A DNA stretch of 64,000 nucleotides, from the NCBI RefSeq assembly GCF_009914755.1, contig NC_060936.1. One strand, 5' to 3'. The number at the start of each line of letters is the position of its first letter. Within the stretch, counting starts at the first letter, position 1. Below the pieces are notes generated by a model. The model worked only from the letters and a program-made list of their open reading frames with translations. It had not been told where the DNA came from and searched no databases. This document shows, piece by piece, positions 1 through 15,737 of this stretch. The translations under genes were made by a program, and so were the position numbers. The DNA is from the human T2T-CHM13v2.0 reference genome, Homo sapiens.

Positions 1-719
1 TTAAAGTGGCCCAAGGGTATATAGTTTTAATTGCTGAAGTGGGCTCTCTGACTACTGAGTCTTGGATATTAGCAACTTTATATATTAACATAATAATGTT
101 AGTAATAAGAACAATAATAGCATCATTTTCTGAAGGCTTACTCTGTTCAAAGAGCATATCAGTGCTTTACAGCCATCTCTCTGATTTTTCCTAGCCACAC
201 AGGAAGGTCAACATCTTACCCAGGGTCACACAGCTACAAAGCTGCATTTACATGAACTGTCTATACTATACCCCAGATGCTGGGAACTTTCTAGAAAATA
301 GACTATTTGACTTGGTGGTCTTACTCCCCTGATGCCACTCAGTGCCGAATTTCTTCCTCCTTGCACGAGGTGTGCCTTAGGCTCTGTAGGTGCTTTTTAT
401 CTTATCTGGCCCTTTCCCCCCTCACTTTGTGAGTTGTCACGTTTGTCATTCTAGGATAAACTTTCAGCCGGTGCAGCACGTACTTTGGGGTCATTGCCCT
501 GTGTTACCCCAAGGATTGTTCAAATATTTGTGATCTTGTCAAGCTCCCTCTTACTGGATGTGTGTCATGGCAGTGTGGGAGGGGCATTTTATTCGGGGGG
601 GATAAATGTGAGCCAGTGAGTAGCAAGCAGCCCTTCAAGGGAGGCCATGGAAGGCAGGTAGTAAATACACTACTTCTTGGCCCAAGGTCGTATGCAGGTG
701 ACCTTCAAGAGGAAAGAGG

Positions 720-860
720 GAGGTTAGCATTTATTGAGTATTTCCCATGTGCCGGGCACTTTTACACACATGGGTACAGGTGTTGTTCACAAATGCACTG
801 AAAGGATTCTAAGAACCATTTCACTGATAAGAAAACCAAGGCTGAAAGTTTATCAGCTGT
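720..860 (-). mobile_element. MIR SINE fragment
   Basis: Reverse-complement MIR tail and core (gcatttattgagtatttcccatgtgccgggcact...aagaaaaccaaggctgaaag); boundaries approximate. Confidence 0.6.
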
Positions 861-2049
861 TCTACAGGGGTTCTGATATTGCGTGTGCATGTGTGTGTGT
901 GTGTATACACACCATAGACTTTTGGCAGTCTACTGAAGTCTCGGGATCCCTTCTCAGAATAGTGTTTTAAAATACGTAAAATAAGATAGTTAAATAAGAT
1001 TACTAAAGAAATCAACTGCATTGAAGTACAGTTATCAAATAGGAAAGAAATTGTAATATGGTGATATTTGTGCTTCTTTTTCAACTCGTGAAATATCAAG
1101 TCCCAGCAGCAGATCTAATAACAACCACGATGGCAGAGGTGTCATGAGGTTAAAGTACATCAAGTTATCTGTGACATATGTGATGTGATATGCCAATATC
1201 AGTGATATTTATTGGTGACAAAGTCACAAAGGTTCCCAAATCCTGCTACATATATGTTGCCTATATTCAGAATTAACAGAAAGAAATACTTAATTTCAGT
1301 TTGAGGCTGGTCAACAAAGATATGACGTATTTTCTTTCTGTCCAGGTTCACGAGTGCCCTGAATTCCATCCACAGAGCTATTGGATGTTTGGAGCCCAGG
1401 TGAAGATCCCAGAGCTGGGGAACGAAAGGTTGGAAAAGCCCAGCCAGCTGTGCAAGCCTCCAGAGACACTCTCTTGACTGCGGTGAGGTGCCTGCCACAA
1501 AACCCCTAGCTCCCTGCTCTTCAACCTCTGGCTTTGGCGGCAGGTGAACCAGTTAGCCATGCCAGGAGGCAGAAAGGGCAGAACGCAGAGCCTGCCTTTT
1601 GAAGCCTTTTGCTTCCTTTGATGTGCAGATTTTATCAAGGTCCTTTCTGGAGTTGGGCAAATCCCAGTTGCCTTCTTCAAATCCTCCTTTTGAGAATATT
1701 TCCAGAGAATCCCCAAACCGCTCTCCTATGGTTTATTTTAGGCTGCTTACTTGCTTGCATTCATTTATTTACTTATTTATTTATTTTGCAGAGGAAAGTG
1801 ATAGCCTGCTGGGCTGGACCTGGACTTTGAGACAGAACTTTCGAATCCGAAGAAGAGATGATTTTCAGATAGTCCTCCTTCCAGGTCAGGTTTAAGAAAA
1901 ATAGTGAAGGGAAATATTAATAAACATGATCAAAATATTCATGTGTAATAATTAAGCAATTCAGCGCCTTGAACTTAACAGGTTTAAGTTGAAATTCCTT
2001 AGTGGATACGTGATTTTAGAGAAGTGGATTAAACTTTCTAAACTTCTCT

Positions 2050-2160
2050 TTACATATAAGGAAACCGAGGCAGGCTCAGAGAAGCTAAGTAGCTCTTTTG
2101 AGTCCACACAGCTAGTAAGGGGATGCTGAGAGTAGAATGCAGGTCCATCTGACTATATGA
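2050..2160 (-). mobile_element. MIR SINE fragment
   Basis: aaggaaaccgaggc...cagagaagctaag...cacacagctagtaag matches the MIR core, reverse strand. Confidence 0.65.
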
Positions 2161-2239
2161 CTATCTGGCTGAGGAAGGAAGAGAGGCTGCTGCTCTGCAG
2201 TACCCTACCAACAAGGACAATAATAACCAGAGCAACAGT

Positions 2240-2450
2240 AGCTACCCCTAAAGAAACATGGACTCCATGCTAGGCACTATAGCAGGCATTTCAATGAGTT
2301 TTCTTTCATCCTCCCAATGGCCCTGCGAGGTAGGGATGATTCCCCACTTTCCACTAAAGAGAATCCTGAGATCAGAGAGGTGAGATGATTTTTGCAAAGT
2401 CACACAGCCATGGATGGCAAAACCCAGGTCTGGCCGAGCCAGGAAACTTT
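2240..2450 (-). mobile_element. MIR SINE
   Basis: gctaggcact...gaggtagggatgattccccactt...cagagaggtgagatgatttttgcaaagtcacacagc. Confidence 0.7.
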
Positions 2451-4139
2451 CCTCAACCATGTCCAGAAGTAAAGTTCCTGAGGCCTCTCTTGGAGATAGG
2501 GAATTATGATTTCCAAAGCAGAACTCCAAACAGTTCCACTCTGAATGAGTTGACAGTGGCAATTGGTCCCTTGAGATAAAAGTCAACAATGGCTATGCTG
2601 AAGCTATAGCATTGAGGGAAGGGATCTTGAACTTTGGAATAGGCCAAAGAAGGAGGAGGCAAGGGAGGACCTGAAATGCGCTGGAAGAAGGCATTCAGCA
2701 ACCTCATAGCTTTCCAGTGCTTGCTAGGGCTGCAGGAATGACACGAGGCTGTGGCTTCTTTCCAAGCTGACCTGAAGGCTGCAAGATGTGATGGCTGTTG
2801 CCGGAGATGTTCTTTGACACAGCTACCAGCATTGCAGAAGCATGACAATATCTCCAGCATCACCTTCCTGAGTCCAAAACTCTGTAAATTTGAACTCAGA
2901 GAGAGACACAAGATCCCAGCATGATGCTCCTATGGTACTGTGGGACCTGGATTGGGACTTAGAATCCCATGCAAGGGTATGAGTCTTGTCCATTCTCCCA
3001 GCCTCCCTTGCAGCCCAGAGCTCACATCTGCAGCCCATCTGGCTAGGCTTAGGAGTGCAGTCCACGGTCAGGGAAAAGGAAGTCTCTCTGTGTGTATTTC
3101 AGGCCTGGCCTGGACAGCCTAACACTCCTCCCAGGCCAAGATCAGCGGATAAAATCAGTCCAATGAGCTGCTTGTCAGAGAAGCTTCTGGCCTTGACTTT
3201 CAGATTCCTGAGTCATCTCTCCTTGGGCCTATCCTCTGTTGGACTTCCTTGCAGGGGCCTTTGATGAACAGATGAGATAATAGATATGCTTTGAAAAAGA
3301 TAAAATGCTGAACAAAGTGTTTTGCTGGCCACTGCAATGAGTGCCATGGATTGGTTAAACCTTGAATCTCCTTCCTGTCCAAGGGCAAAGACTTCTCCCA
3401 ACCTCTGCATCTCTAAGACAGCCAGTTTGTGTGGTGACAAGCACCCTGCACCCCCCAACCACTCAGGGTAATAAACTCAGCAGCCATTAGTAACAACAGT
3501 TAGAAGATGGGCTTATATGTTAGGCACATTTCATCCACCAACCAATGGAATCATCAAAACAAGCATGAAATAGGGGTATGGATTTTCCCACTCTATGGAC
3601 AAAAAACCCTGATGCATGGGGAAGTCAAAAAACATGCCCAAGATCTTACAGCTACTTGGTACAGATTTAGGATTTGGACCCAAGCCTACTCATTCCAATC
3701 TCCAACAAAACATGAGGGATTTAGCGATGATGTCCTCAGCTAGAATAAAATATAACACAATTGGAACAAGAAACATGTGGTTTGACAAACATGTCCCTGA
3801 TAGCTCTTCCAAATTTGCAGAAAATATGACTTTTCCTCATCACTGCAGCTGGAGATCTTGGCGTGAGTTGTATGAAGTGGAGGTTCCGCTGCAGGGAGAT
3901 GCGAGATCATAGCATTATTCTGTTGGCTGAGACCTTGATGGTTATTTAGGGCCAGCAAACCCTTCACAATAGTCACGCCAAGAGCTGTCCAGCCAATGCT
4001 TGGACACTTGCAGAGATGAGGAACTTATTCCTGCAAGGTGGTTTAGTCTAGTCCCAGATATCTCATCATTATTTATCACTCCTTTGGGCAAATTGATGAC
4101 AGGATGTATTAAAATTGAAAACGTGCTCTTCCTACTGTC

Positions 4140-4630
4140 CAGCAAGTACACCCTTACAGAGATGCGGGAGGAGGGTAAAGAGGGTTTCACAGCTACACTG
4201 TATTAGCAAAAAAATCGGAACCAACCTGTATATCTCCCAATAAAGCAGTGATGCCAAAAAAGTAAAATATTCCTTCAATGGAACATTATATAGTCATAAA
4301 AAAGAACATACTAAGTCTATAATGTATCCCTATGGAGAAATCTCAGAGAAACAATGATGAATAAAAAGAGCATGCTGCTGAAAATTTAGTACAGTGTAGT
4401 AAGACTATTCATGCTTAGAGCAACAAAAAACCAAGCTATATATTTTCTATGGTAAAGACATGGGTGCAAAGGTGTTTGAAAAGTTCTACAAAGGTAATTA
4501 ACAAATTGACAATAGATACTTCTGGGGGAGCAGGGAGAGAAGAAGGCTCCAAACTTATTTGTAGCATTAAATGATATTTTAAAGGAAGATAAGTTACTAT
4601 ATGTTTAGGTAATTAAAATTTATCCGAAAG
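4140..4630 (+). mobile_element. Ancient L1M (L1ME-like) 3' fragment
   Basis: Degenerate L1 3' motifs (ggaaccaacctgtatatc, caatggaacattatatagtcataaaaaagaa). Confidence 0.55.
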
Positions 4631-4844
4631 TCTTTAATGAGAATTTCTTTCTATTATATTGTGCTGAAATCTGCTGTATCTTTAGCGTCTTTAATTTGCT
4701 CTATTTTCTCCCCCAGAGAATATGTGAAGGTGGGGTTTGAAACTTTTCTGAACCAAAAACCTCTGTTTCCACAACTATTACTAATCTGCCTCAGTTTCCC
4801 AGTTCCTTACTTCCCAAATTCTCTGTTATACAAACTCTTATTGC

Positions 4845-5035
4845 TCTCTCCTCTCCTTTCCTTTCCTTTCCTCCCTCCCTCCTTTCCTGCCTTCCTGCCT
4901 TCCTGACTGCCTTCCTGCCTCCCTCCCTCCCTCCCTCCCTCCCTCCCTTCCTTCTTTCTTTCCTTCCTTTCTTTTTTCCTTCCTTCTTTCCTTCTTCCCC
5001 ATTTCCTCCCTCGCTATGTCCCTCCTACCCTCTCT
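4845..5035. repeat. CT-rich polypyrimidine tract (CCCT/CCTT/CTTT units)
   Basis: About 190 nt of near-pure pyrimidines on the + strand. Confidence 0.9.
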
Positions 5036-5056
5036 GAGATTAAAACATTCAAAAAA

Positions 5057-7525
<2,469 letters not shown>

Positions 7526-7549
7526 TTCAAAAAAAAAAAAGAAGAAGAA

Positions 7550-8160
7550 AACAAGACCCACCCATAGTTCTATCATCTGGAATAAACCATTATGAACATG
7601 TTGGCATATTTTGTAACTGTCTCTCTTTTATCTTTACACTTTTCAAAATTACTCAATGAATACCCGAACGCACAGCTTTTAAATACCATTGGAATATCAC
7701 AGTAAAGCTAAACTCCTCTCTATGCATACTCCTGGTTCCAATTCTATGCTCTCAACCAGGCTATCCACACAAACACAATATACTATTATGAACTCAGAGC
7801 ATATACTCTCATTTTAATATAATTTTCCATACTTATACATGAACCCTTAAAAATATAGAGGTCCTCTTGGGTGTTTTAAATGTCATAGATGGGATATGAA
7901 TCACTTTGCAAACAGAATTTTCTCTCCATATTCTCAGAAATCTCCCTGTTGACACATATAACTCTGGTTTGTCTACTTTGCTTGCAGTATTAAAACATGT
8001 GCATGCATAACACTGCACGTATCCAGTCCCCTGTTGATGGACATCTCAATTGATTCCAATTTCTTCTATCATAAATTATTCTGTAATGGACATACTTGTA
8101 TATGTCTCCTTGTGCAAAAATATAAGAGTTTCTCCAGGAGAGACCTCCAGAAGTGACGTG
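7550..8160 (-). mobile_element. Ancient L1M fragment
   Basis: tcccctgttgatggacatctcaattgattccaattt...catacttgtatatgtctccttgtgc resembles reverse L1M. Confidence 0.6.
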
Positions 8161-8234
8161 CACCTCTTTCCCTTAATAAGCAAGAGTATCTAGAATTGAA
8201 TCCACTCATCTGAATGTGGTCTCATCAGACCCTT

Positions 8235-8560
8235 CCACAAATATTTCATGGGGAAGCCACTATGTGTGATTATACTAGGCAGACAGAATATAAGACAAGC
8301 ACAGTCCCTTCTTTCTTAGATCTTATAACCTCATGAAGGAGACCAGCAGTAAGCAAATATTTCGGATTGTTGGGTAAATACAGACACGCAATGTGCTGTG
8401 AAGATGGAGAAGGACGAGGGCACCACGACAGGTCACCCAGCCTAGCCCATGGTTAGTGAAGGCTTACTGGAGGAGCTAACTTGCCTACTTGAAAAAATAG
8501 GTCAGTTGAAAAATGGATGGTAGAGGATCATTTCAGCAGAGGAAGCTTGAGGCGATTGAG
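8235..8560 (-). mobile_element. L2 fragment
   Basis: caaatatttcatgg...cactatgtg...aagacaagcacagtccct...gaaggcttactggaggag. Confidence 0.55.
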
Positions 8561-8576
8561 AAGAAACTGAGCAGGC

Positions 8577-8720
8577 TGTAAAATAGGGCTAAAAATACTC
8601 CCCAGCACTTTGAGTTACAGAGAGGATAAAATGAGAAAATTCATGTAAAGCATTTAGCATAGGGCCTTGAACATGGGCACATTCAATCAATGGTAGCAAA
8701 AATCATAGTAGTAATAATAA
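8577..8720 (+). mobile_element. MIR fragment
   Basis: ctgtaaaataggg...aggataaaatgagaaaattcatgtaaagcatttagcatag. Confidence 0.7.
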
Positions 8721-9234
8721 TAATAATGTGTGACTGCTTCTTTAAAGAGCAAAAGGGAGCAGATACTCCCCCTGGGAATAAGAAAGGCAAATGTCCATGT
8801 GCGAGCTCCAGACTGTCCCCAGAGGCAAGGTGGTCAGTTACTGACTGACCGATGACCTTGAGCCTCGCCACTTTTCCTGGAAGCCTTTAGTCTTGAATCC
8901 AAGGGTGTCTCTCCAGATGGACCGTGGGTGTGGAGCTGAGCAACTACTCTGTCATTGATCATCCCCTGTGGTCCAGATGCTTCCCCAGAGGGTTGATTAG
9001 TGGGTGAGTGGGAGGTGCCCTCGGGGGTCTTATCAGCTGTGTCTGCAGAAGAGGCCAGAAGAGGAGGGTGAGGGTGGGATACAGCTCAGCCGTACTCTTT
9101 GAGGCTTCTGGCCTCTGTTTTCAGGCATGGACTCTTTATAATCCCTGTCAGATGTAGACAGGGAGGGCTGCTATAGTAGAACCTCTAAATCAAGGATAAC
9201 AAAAGTCGACTGTCTATTGCACTTTTTCTAAATA

Positions 9235-9640
9235 CGAATGCACTGTGCTAACCATATGCTACCTTGCTAAAGCCTTTCTGCAACTCCGTGATGGGGGTTC
9301 TATCTCATACTCACTTTCTGCACTGGGTAAGCTAAGGCTCAGAGAGGTCAAGTCACTTTCCCAAAGCCAGTTTTGTCAGCTGCAAACTCAGACTTTTATC
9401 CATTAGGCCGTTAATACAATCCTCTTTCCTTCCAACTCTGCCACTTGGGAGCTGTGATCTTAGACAAGGGACGTAACCCCTGCATGTCTTGGTTTATTGG
9501 ACTGTATTATGAAATGAAGAAAATACTTCTTAGGGTTGTCAAAAGGATTAACATGAATTAATGTATGTCCAAGGTTCATGGCAATACCTGGCTTGCCACA
9601 GTAATGCAGTTGTGAGTTATTTGAATTATGATTATAGTTT
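9235..9640. mobile_element. Two MIRs in opposite orientation (- about 9235-9405, + about 9435-9640)
   Basis: aagctaaggctcagagaggtcaagtcacttt followed by ctctgccacttgggagctgtgatcttagacaag. Confidence 0.65.
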
Positions 9641-10789
9641 TTTCTTTGGTGTGTGTTGGTGGCTTGTATTTTTCCATTTTGCAAATGACCTTTTCATAGA
9701 TTTTCTTCACTAGATTTGTGTTTTGCTAAGGGGTCTTTTTTGAAGACTGGACAAACTATGTGTTTTCCCTAAGGGGAAAAAAAGGGAAATGGTTGTACTC
9801 ACCACTATGCCCCCACATGCATGTGGGATGGAAATTGACCACAAGGTCTGCAACCAATGTGACTTTTAACTTTCTGTAGCCTTCAATGTCAAGGCAGAAC
9901 TTCAGGGTGGTGCCCTTCAGAGAATGTCAGTGTGGTGGCCTCCAAGCTGGGAGACCAGCAGAAAGACACCAGGGAGAACACCAAACCAAGAGCTCACGCA
10001 AGAGTTAAATGGAGTCCCCTTCCAAAGAGACCACCCAGAAACACATCGGCTTCACCGAAGAGATCCAAGGTCTTCCAAGAGAAGATCCATCTCCCTTTTG
10101 CAACTGAAGAGACCTGAACTCCTTAGGGGCCTCTTCCCTGTCTGACTTCCTGCTTGGGACTTCTCCAAACCTTCTCTCCTTAAACCCTGGCTGACTAGCT
10201 CCCTCTTTTCAATATCCGTTCCCTCCATACCCCCCTGCCCTTGGCCCTGCCCCAGATCCTGGCAACATCCTGTTCTTCCCCTGAACTAAACTCCCTCTCC
10301 AGCTTCCCAGTGTGATAGGAATCTTAAATAAATGCTTCCTGTCTCTTGACCACCTTATCTCCCATTCCTCCCGAATGGCTGACGTTCAAGAACCACAAGC
10401 AGTGTTGCACTCCCTTCTAATTTTAAACCTGCCCTCTGAGGCTCTCTCTTCTTCCTTCTTAAGGTTCCGGGAAAGGCCAGGCGGGTGTCAGAGGTCTTTG
10501 TCAACCCGCTGAGTCAGCAGAGGCAGAAGGCATTCTTCTTAAGTTCCCAGGGAGAGACTGGAGCTAAAGATCCTGGGTGACGCCACGTTGCAGTGCCTGC
10601 CCCAGAGAGAACTGCATGGACCAGGTACTTGGTGCAACTTTCTTATATTCATGAAGGACCATGAGAATGATTAAGGTGGGAATAAACCCAAACATGTCTA
10701 TGAAGTAATAAGCTAGGAAAATTTGTACATGCACACACACACACACGAGTTGTCTTTTGTAAAGTGTACATGTCCAATATTCAGTCTTT

Positions 10790-11050
10790 TATTAACAAAA
10801 TGTTGATTTCTACATTCACAGTCCTTGGAAGATTGGGTTCCAGGGATGTCATGTGACCCTCTCAGGCCCAGACAATCAGAGTGTTGCTGGCCAGTGATTG
10901 GATCTGAATGAGCATGTGTCTCAAGTCTGACCAATTGGAGTCAACAGAGACTCAACACTGAGTTTTTTCTTTGAGCCCTTGAGAGGGGGGTTATGTGCTA
11001 TCAGGTGGTTGCAGCTAAGAGCATAAGAAGTCAGCTGACTTGATGGTGGT
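10790..11050. mobile_element. Ancient ERVL/MaLR LTR fragment (LTR16/MLT1-like)
   Basis: catgtgacc...caatcagag...gtgattgg...gcatgtg motif pattern. Confidence 0.4.
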
Positions 11051-11466
11051 GAGGATTTCCTGGGTGTATGCTTATCCCAAACTGTGTCTATTTAAAATAT
11101 ACACAGGTTTTTATTATGTCGATCATGCTTCAATAAGGTGGTTTTTTAAAAAAGTCTGCTGAAAGCTGGAAGCGGCCACTTCAACATCACCCTCAGAATG
11201 GAGCATACTCAAGGGGAAGCCAAGCTGGAGTACAGAACAAGGAAAAGACTTGGTCTCATCTGAATCCATGAACGCAGCTCTGTCTGAAAGTGATTCTTCT
11301 GGAATTTTCAATGACTGGAGTCCGTAAAGTCCCTTCGCCTTAGTTTTTTGATCATTCATAATCACACACAAACACACACACACCCCACCCACACTCATAC
11401 AAACATACACAATGAGGTGTGGATAAAATGAATAATCTATACTTGTACTGAAAATATATTAGTACA

Positions 11467-11825
<359 letters not shown>

Positions 11826-12231
11826 TTATTAGTCCCATTTCATGGGCTACTGAATAATAATACTGAAGCTCAGAGAATTGAAGATGTTTGCCCAAGATCA
11901 CTCAGCTAGGAAGTTACAGAGCCCAGATTTAAATTCAGGGCTGCCCACGCCAAGGTCCTTGTTCTTTGCAAAACACGGAGCCATCTTTAAAGGCAGCTGA
12001 AGGAGCTCTTCTAGTCTAGATTACAGGATGTGACTTTGGCCACCATAATTAACTACAAGGACCCTGAGGTCTCATATATGCCACCCTCCTTTGTAGCCAC
12101 TTCGTCGTCTTCCTTCACACATTTGCCTTTCTCCTTTTATCCCTCCCCTTCCTGGTTATGTCTGATCCCATCCACAGCCCTCTTCACCTTCTTAATAACT
12201 ACATCATTCTATGAAACAGTTGAATTTGACC

Positions 12232-12529
12232 TTTTTTTTTTTTTTTTTGAGACGGAGTTTTGCTCTTGTTGCCCAGGCGTGAGTGCAATGGCACAATCTC
12301 AGCTGACCACAACCTCCGCCGCCCCGGTTAAAGCGATTCTCCTGCCTTAGCCTCCCGAGTAGCTGGGATTTCAGGCACGTGCCACCACGCCAGGCTAATT
12401 TTGTATTTTTAGTAGAGACGGGGTTTCTCCATGTTGGTCGAGCTGGTCTCGAACTCCCGACCTCAGGTGATCTGCCCACCTCAGCCTCCCAAAGTGCTGG
12501 GATTACAGGCGTGAGCCACTGCGCCTGAC
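12232..12529 (-). mobile_element. AluSp
   Basis: tttctccatgttggtc and cccgacctcaggtg diagnostics; poly-T; candidate TSD tYgaccttt. Confidence 0.93.
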
Positions 12530-12594
12530 TCGACCTTTATGTTTCTTCTTAGACTGTTCCATTCACTCCTCTTCCTCAGTTCACTTCTTCAGCA

Positions 12595-12960
12595 AGAGTA
12601 TGTCCCAGGGTTCACCCTTAGTTCACTCCTCGGCTTTTAACTTGTCTCTTGCTTAAGCCTCAGACCCATAAACACCCACGTGTGTCTCCTCACATCTGCT
12701 CCTGGATGTCCCCCAGGCACCTCAAGCTTGGGCTGTCCAAAAGAGAGCTTAACACCTTCCCCCTAACCTGCTGTTGCACTTCTGTTCCCCAGTGCATCCG
12801 TGGCATGCTTGGCCTTCCACTCAATCAAACTGGAAGAATCTTGGAGTCTTGTTCAACTTCATCTTGTTCCACGCTTGTCCCACCTAATCAATCATCCATT
12901 CCTGTGACTTTTACTTCCCGTATAATCCCCAGGCTCACCCTCACTCTCCATTCCAATGAG
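12595..12960 (+). mobile_element. L2 fragment
   Basis: catctgctcctggatgtcccccaggcacctcaagc...tgtccaaaa...gaatcttggagtc. Confidence 0.65.
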
Positions 12961-14129
12961 CACTGTGCGTGTGATGGGATGAGTGAATAACTGACGGTGT
13001 GCATCAGGCTTTGGGAAACCACTCCTGGGTTTGTACACCGTTTCTTTGTCAGTGTGCGAAATGAGACCCCAACACGCAAGAGTGTGTGTGTTATATTTCT
13101 CTGGGTTGCTGTCTTCTATATCTAGTGATAGCTTATAATCGAGATTATTACAGGTTTAAGGACTTCACACTTTATTAAATGTGAGTCAACTCTTTCTTGA
13201 CCATGTAGTATGTGTTTGTATGTCTGCACACGTGTCTGGGAACATGTGTGTTTTTAGGTTTCCCTGCCACCCTTACTCGCATAGTGCCCCGTATACACAT
13301 GTCACAAAATGTGGACAATTCCACAGATGTTCCTTTCTCCAAATCCCAAACTTGCTTCTTTAACTAGGTCATGGTTAGTGCCATTTTCCTACTCCATCCC
13401 TTGTTTGCTATAACACTACTTACCTCATCTGAAAGTTGAACACAGCATAGATATTTACTAGAGAGGGCTGCTGAGTGGATTAAACCGGGATATGCCTGCA
13501 AAGTACTTAATTTGTACCTGGGAAATAGAAGCATCTAGTACATTATAGTACTATTGCTATGATTTTTAATATTATTATTATAAGGGAAAGAGAGATTTTT
13601 AAATTCTCATGTTCTTTCTGGGTCATGTCCTTAAAATTTCACTTCTTGATAAATTATTACAGACAGCTAAGACAGAGCAGTTCCCTTTTCATCCTGAAAA
13701 TGAGCAGCACCTCCTTAATTGGTAGCCATTGGCAGAATCAGAGTGCCTGTCCTCTCACTGTTTATATTAGCAGATTTCATTAATCACACATAAGATAGTA
13801 GACATTACTATCTCACCACACTATGTGTTAAAAAATACTTAATTGTGTCTGAATAGATGTTTGTACCCTCAGAGAAAATATCAGAATGGAAACTCTTTAA
13901 ACATGATTTTCTTTATATGCCCTTTTAGTTTCAATGAACAGTAGCTCATTGAAAAAGTTGAAGAGATGAGAACTAACTTCAATTGTGTTCCCATTATAAA
14001 ACAGTGACTTGACTAATGTTAGCAGTCATAGCAGCTCTCTTTTGCCTTAGTTTCACCGGTGTGGAAACCGAGGCTCTGAGAATCTAAGAGACCTGCCCAA
14101 GTTGGCAGGGCTGGTCGTTCTCCATGCAA

Positions 14130-14395
14130 AGCAGTACGTGCAGTATTTAAGAGTATGGGCTCTGGAGAGAGGTTGCTTAGGTTCAAATCCTAGTCCTGCC
14201 ACTTGCTAACTTTTTGATCTTTACACAGGTCATTAAACATCTCTGTGTCTCAGTTTTTCTACTTATAAAATGGGGATAATAGTACCTGTCTGATGGGGTT
14301 GTTGTGCTAATTAAATAAGAGAGTATATGTTAAGTATTTATCCAGTGCATGGCATGTGTGAAGCACTAAGCAAATGTGAGCTTTTATTATATTCC
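14130..14395 (+). mobile_element. Near full-length MIR
   Basis: taagagtatgggctctggag...ggttcaaatcctagtcctgccacttgcta...tctcagtttttctacttataaaatggggataat. Confidence 0.85.
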
Positions 14396-14429
14396 AGCTA
14401 CACGAGCAGTATTTCTTTCTGGACTAGAT

Positions 14430-14790
14430 ACAAACCTTGTTCTTGCCTCAGGGCCCTTGCACTTGCTTTTCCCTCTGCCTGGAATGCTTTTCCTCCAGAT
14501 CTTCACAGGAAAGGCTCCTTCTCATTCCCTTAGCTTTGCTCTGACCACCCTGTTGAATGTCACCCCAAACTATTGCACAATGTCACATTAAACTTTTTGT
14601 TGTCCTTGGAGTATTAATTCTGACATAAAATTATCACATTCATATTTCTGCTGGTTTACCTATTATACATCTCCCCAGTTCTAGTGTCTGTCTCACTCCC
14701 AACTGTATTCTTAGCAGTATGTACAGGAGCTAAGTAGTAGGCACATAGTAGGTAATCAATAAATGTGCATTGAAAAAAATGATGAATGGG
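14430..14790 (+). mobile_element. L2 3' end
   Basis: cctcagggcccttgcacttgcttttccctctgcctggaatgc...ggcacatagtaggtaatcaataaat. Confidence 0.8.
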
Positions 14791-15104
14791 TCATTAAGGG
14801 TATAAAGTAATGTCTGTTGGACTCCAAATCCTTTCTGTGCCAAGCTACTTTCAAAGCTAACAACTTCTGGCAGGAATGAAGGAGCCAAAGTCCTCTTTTT
14901 TTTTTTTTTTTTTTACCTTGAGACAGGTCTTTCAACATCTCTGTGCTCTAAAGAGACACTCAGAGGGCCAACCATTTCACAGCTCAATGAGGATAGGAAG
15001 CCCAGACCTATAAGCCCTCAAAGATAGCTGGGTTCTTTAGGCTGCTCCAATTTCTGTTGACATTAACCTCTTGATAAAAGAACAATCTCAGGGCTGCTCA
15101 GCAT

Positions 15105-15440
15105 GTATCAGTCAGGATGAGTGAAGTGTTGCAGTAACAAACAACTCCTGAAAGCTTAGTGGCTTAACCAATATATCCTTCAAGGGTCAGCCAAGTGAGA
15201 TTGTCATCCTCATTCTCAGTTGCAGGCTGGCAGAGCAGTCGCTGTATCAGAAGTCAATGAGAATGTGATAAAACACAGCGGCTCTTAAAGCTTTTGCCCA
15301 GTAATAAATATATCACTTTTGCTCATATATCATTGGCTAAAGCAAGTCTCATGGCCATGCCAAAATTCAATGGGATAGAAAAGATATTCTGTCAGATGGA
15401 ATCCTGAATATTGATGGGTGATGTTATAGTCCTCTACACA
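15105..15440 (-). mobile_element. MLT1-family (MaLR) LTR, old subfamily
   Basis: tgtatcagtcagg...gcagtaacaaacaac...tagtggcttaa...cattggctaaagcaagtctcatggcc. Confidence 0.6.
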
Positions 15441-15494
15441 AAGTCAAGATGATGTCCTATTGCCCTTTTCTCTATATCTCATCAAGAATCAAGA

Positions 15495-15737
15495 CTGGGG
15501 AGAAAACTTTTTCTCAAAGGGCCAGTAGTCAATATTTTAGTCTTTTTTTTTTGTCTCTGCTACAACTTATTCTTTTATGTGTCTCTGTTACAACTACTCC
15601 ACTTTGACATTGCAGAATGAAAACAGCCATAGACAATATGTAGCCAAATGGGCATGGTGGTGTCCCAGTAAAGATTTATTTACAGAAACAAGTGATGGGC
15701 CAAATGTGGTCTATGATCTGCAGTTTACCAGCCACTG
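15495..15737 (-). mobile_element. MER58A hAT-Charlie DNA transposon
   Basis: aaagggccagtagtcaatattttag...cagccatagacaatatg...aaagatttatttacagaaacaag; internal ~16-nt duplication tgtctctgYtacaact. Confidence 0.8.
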
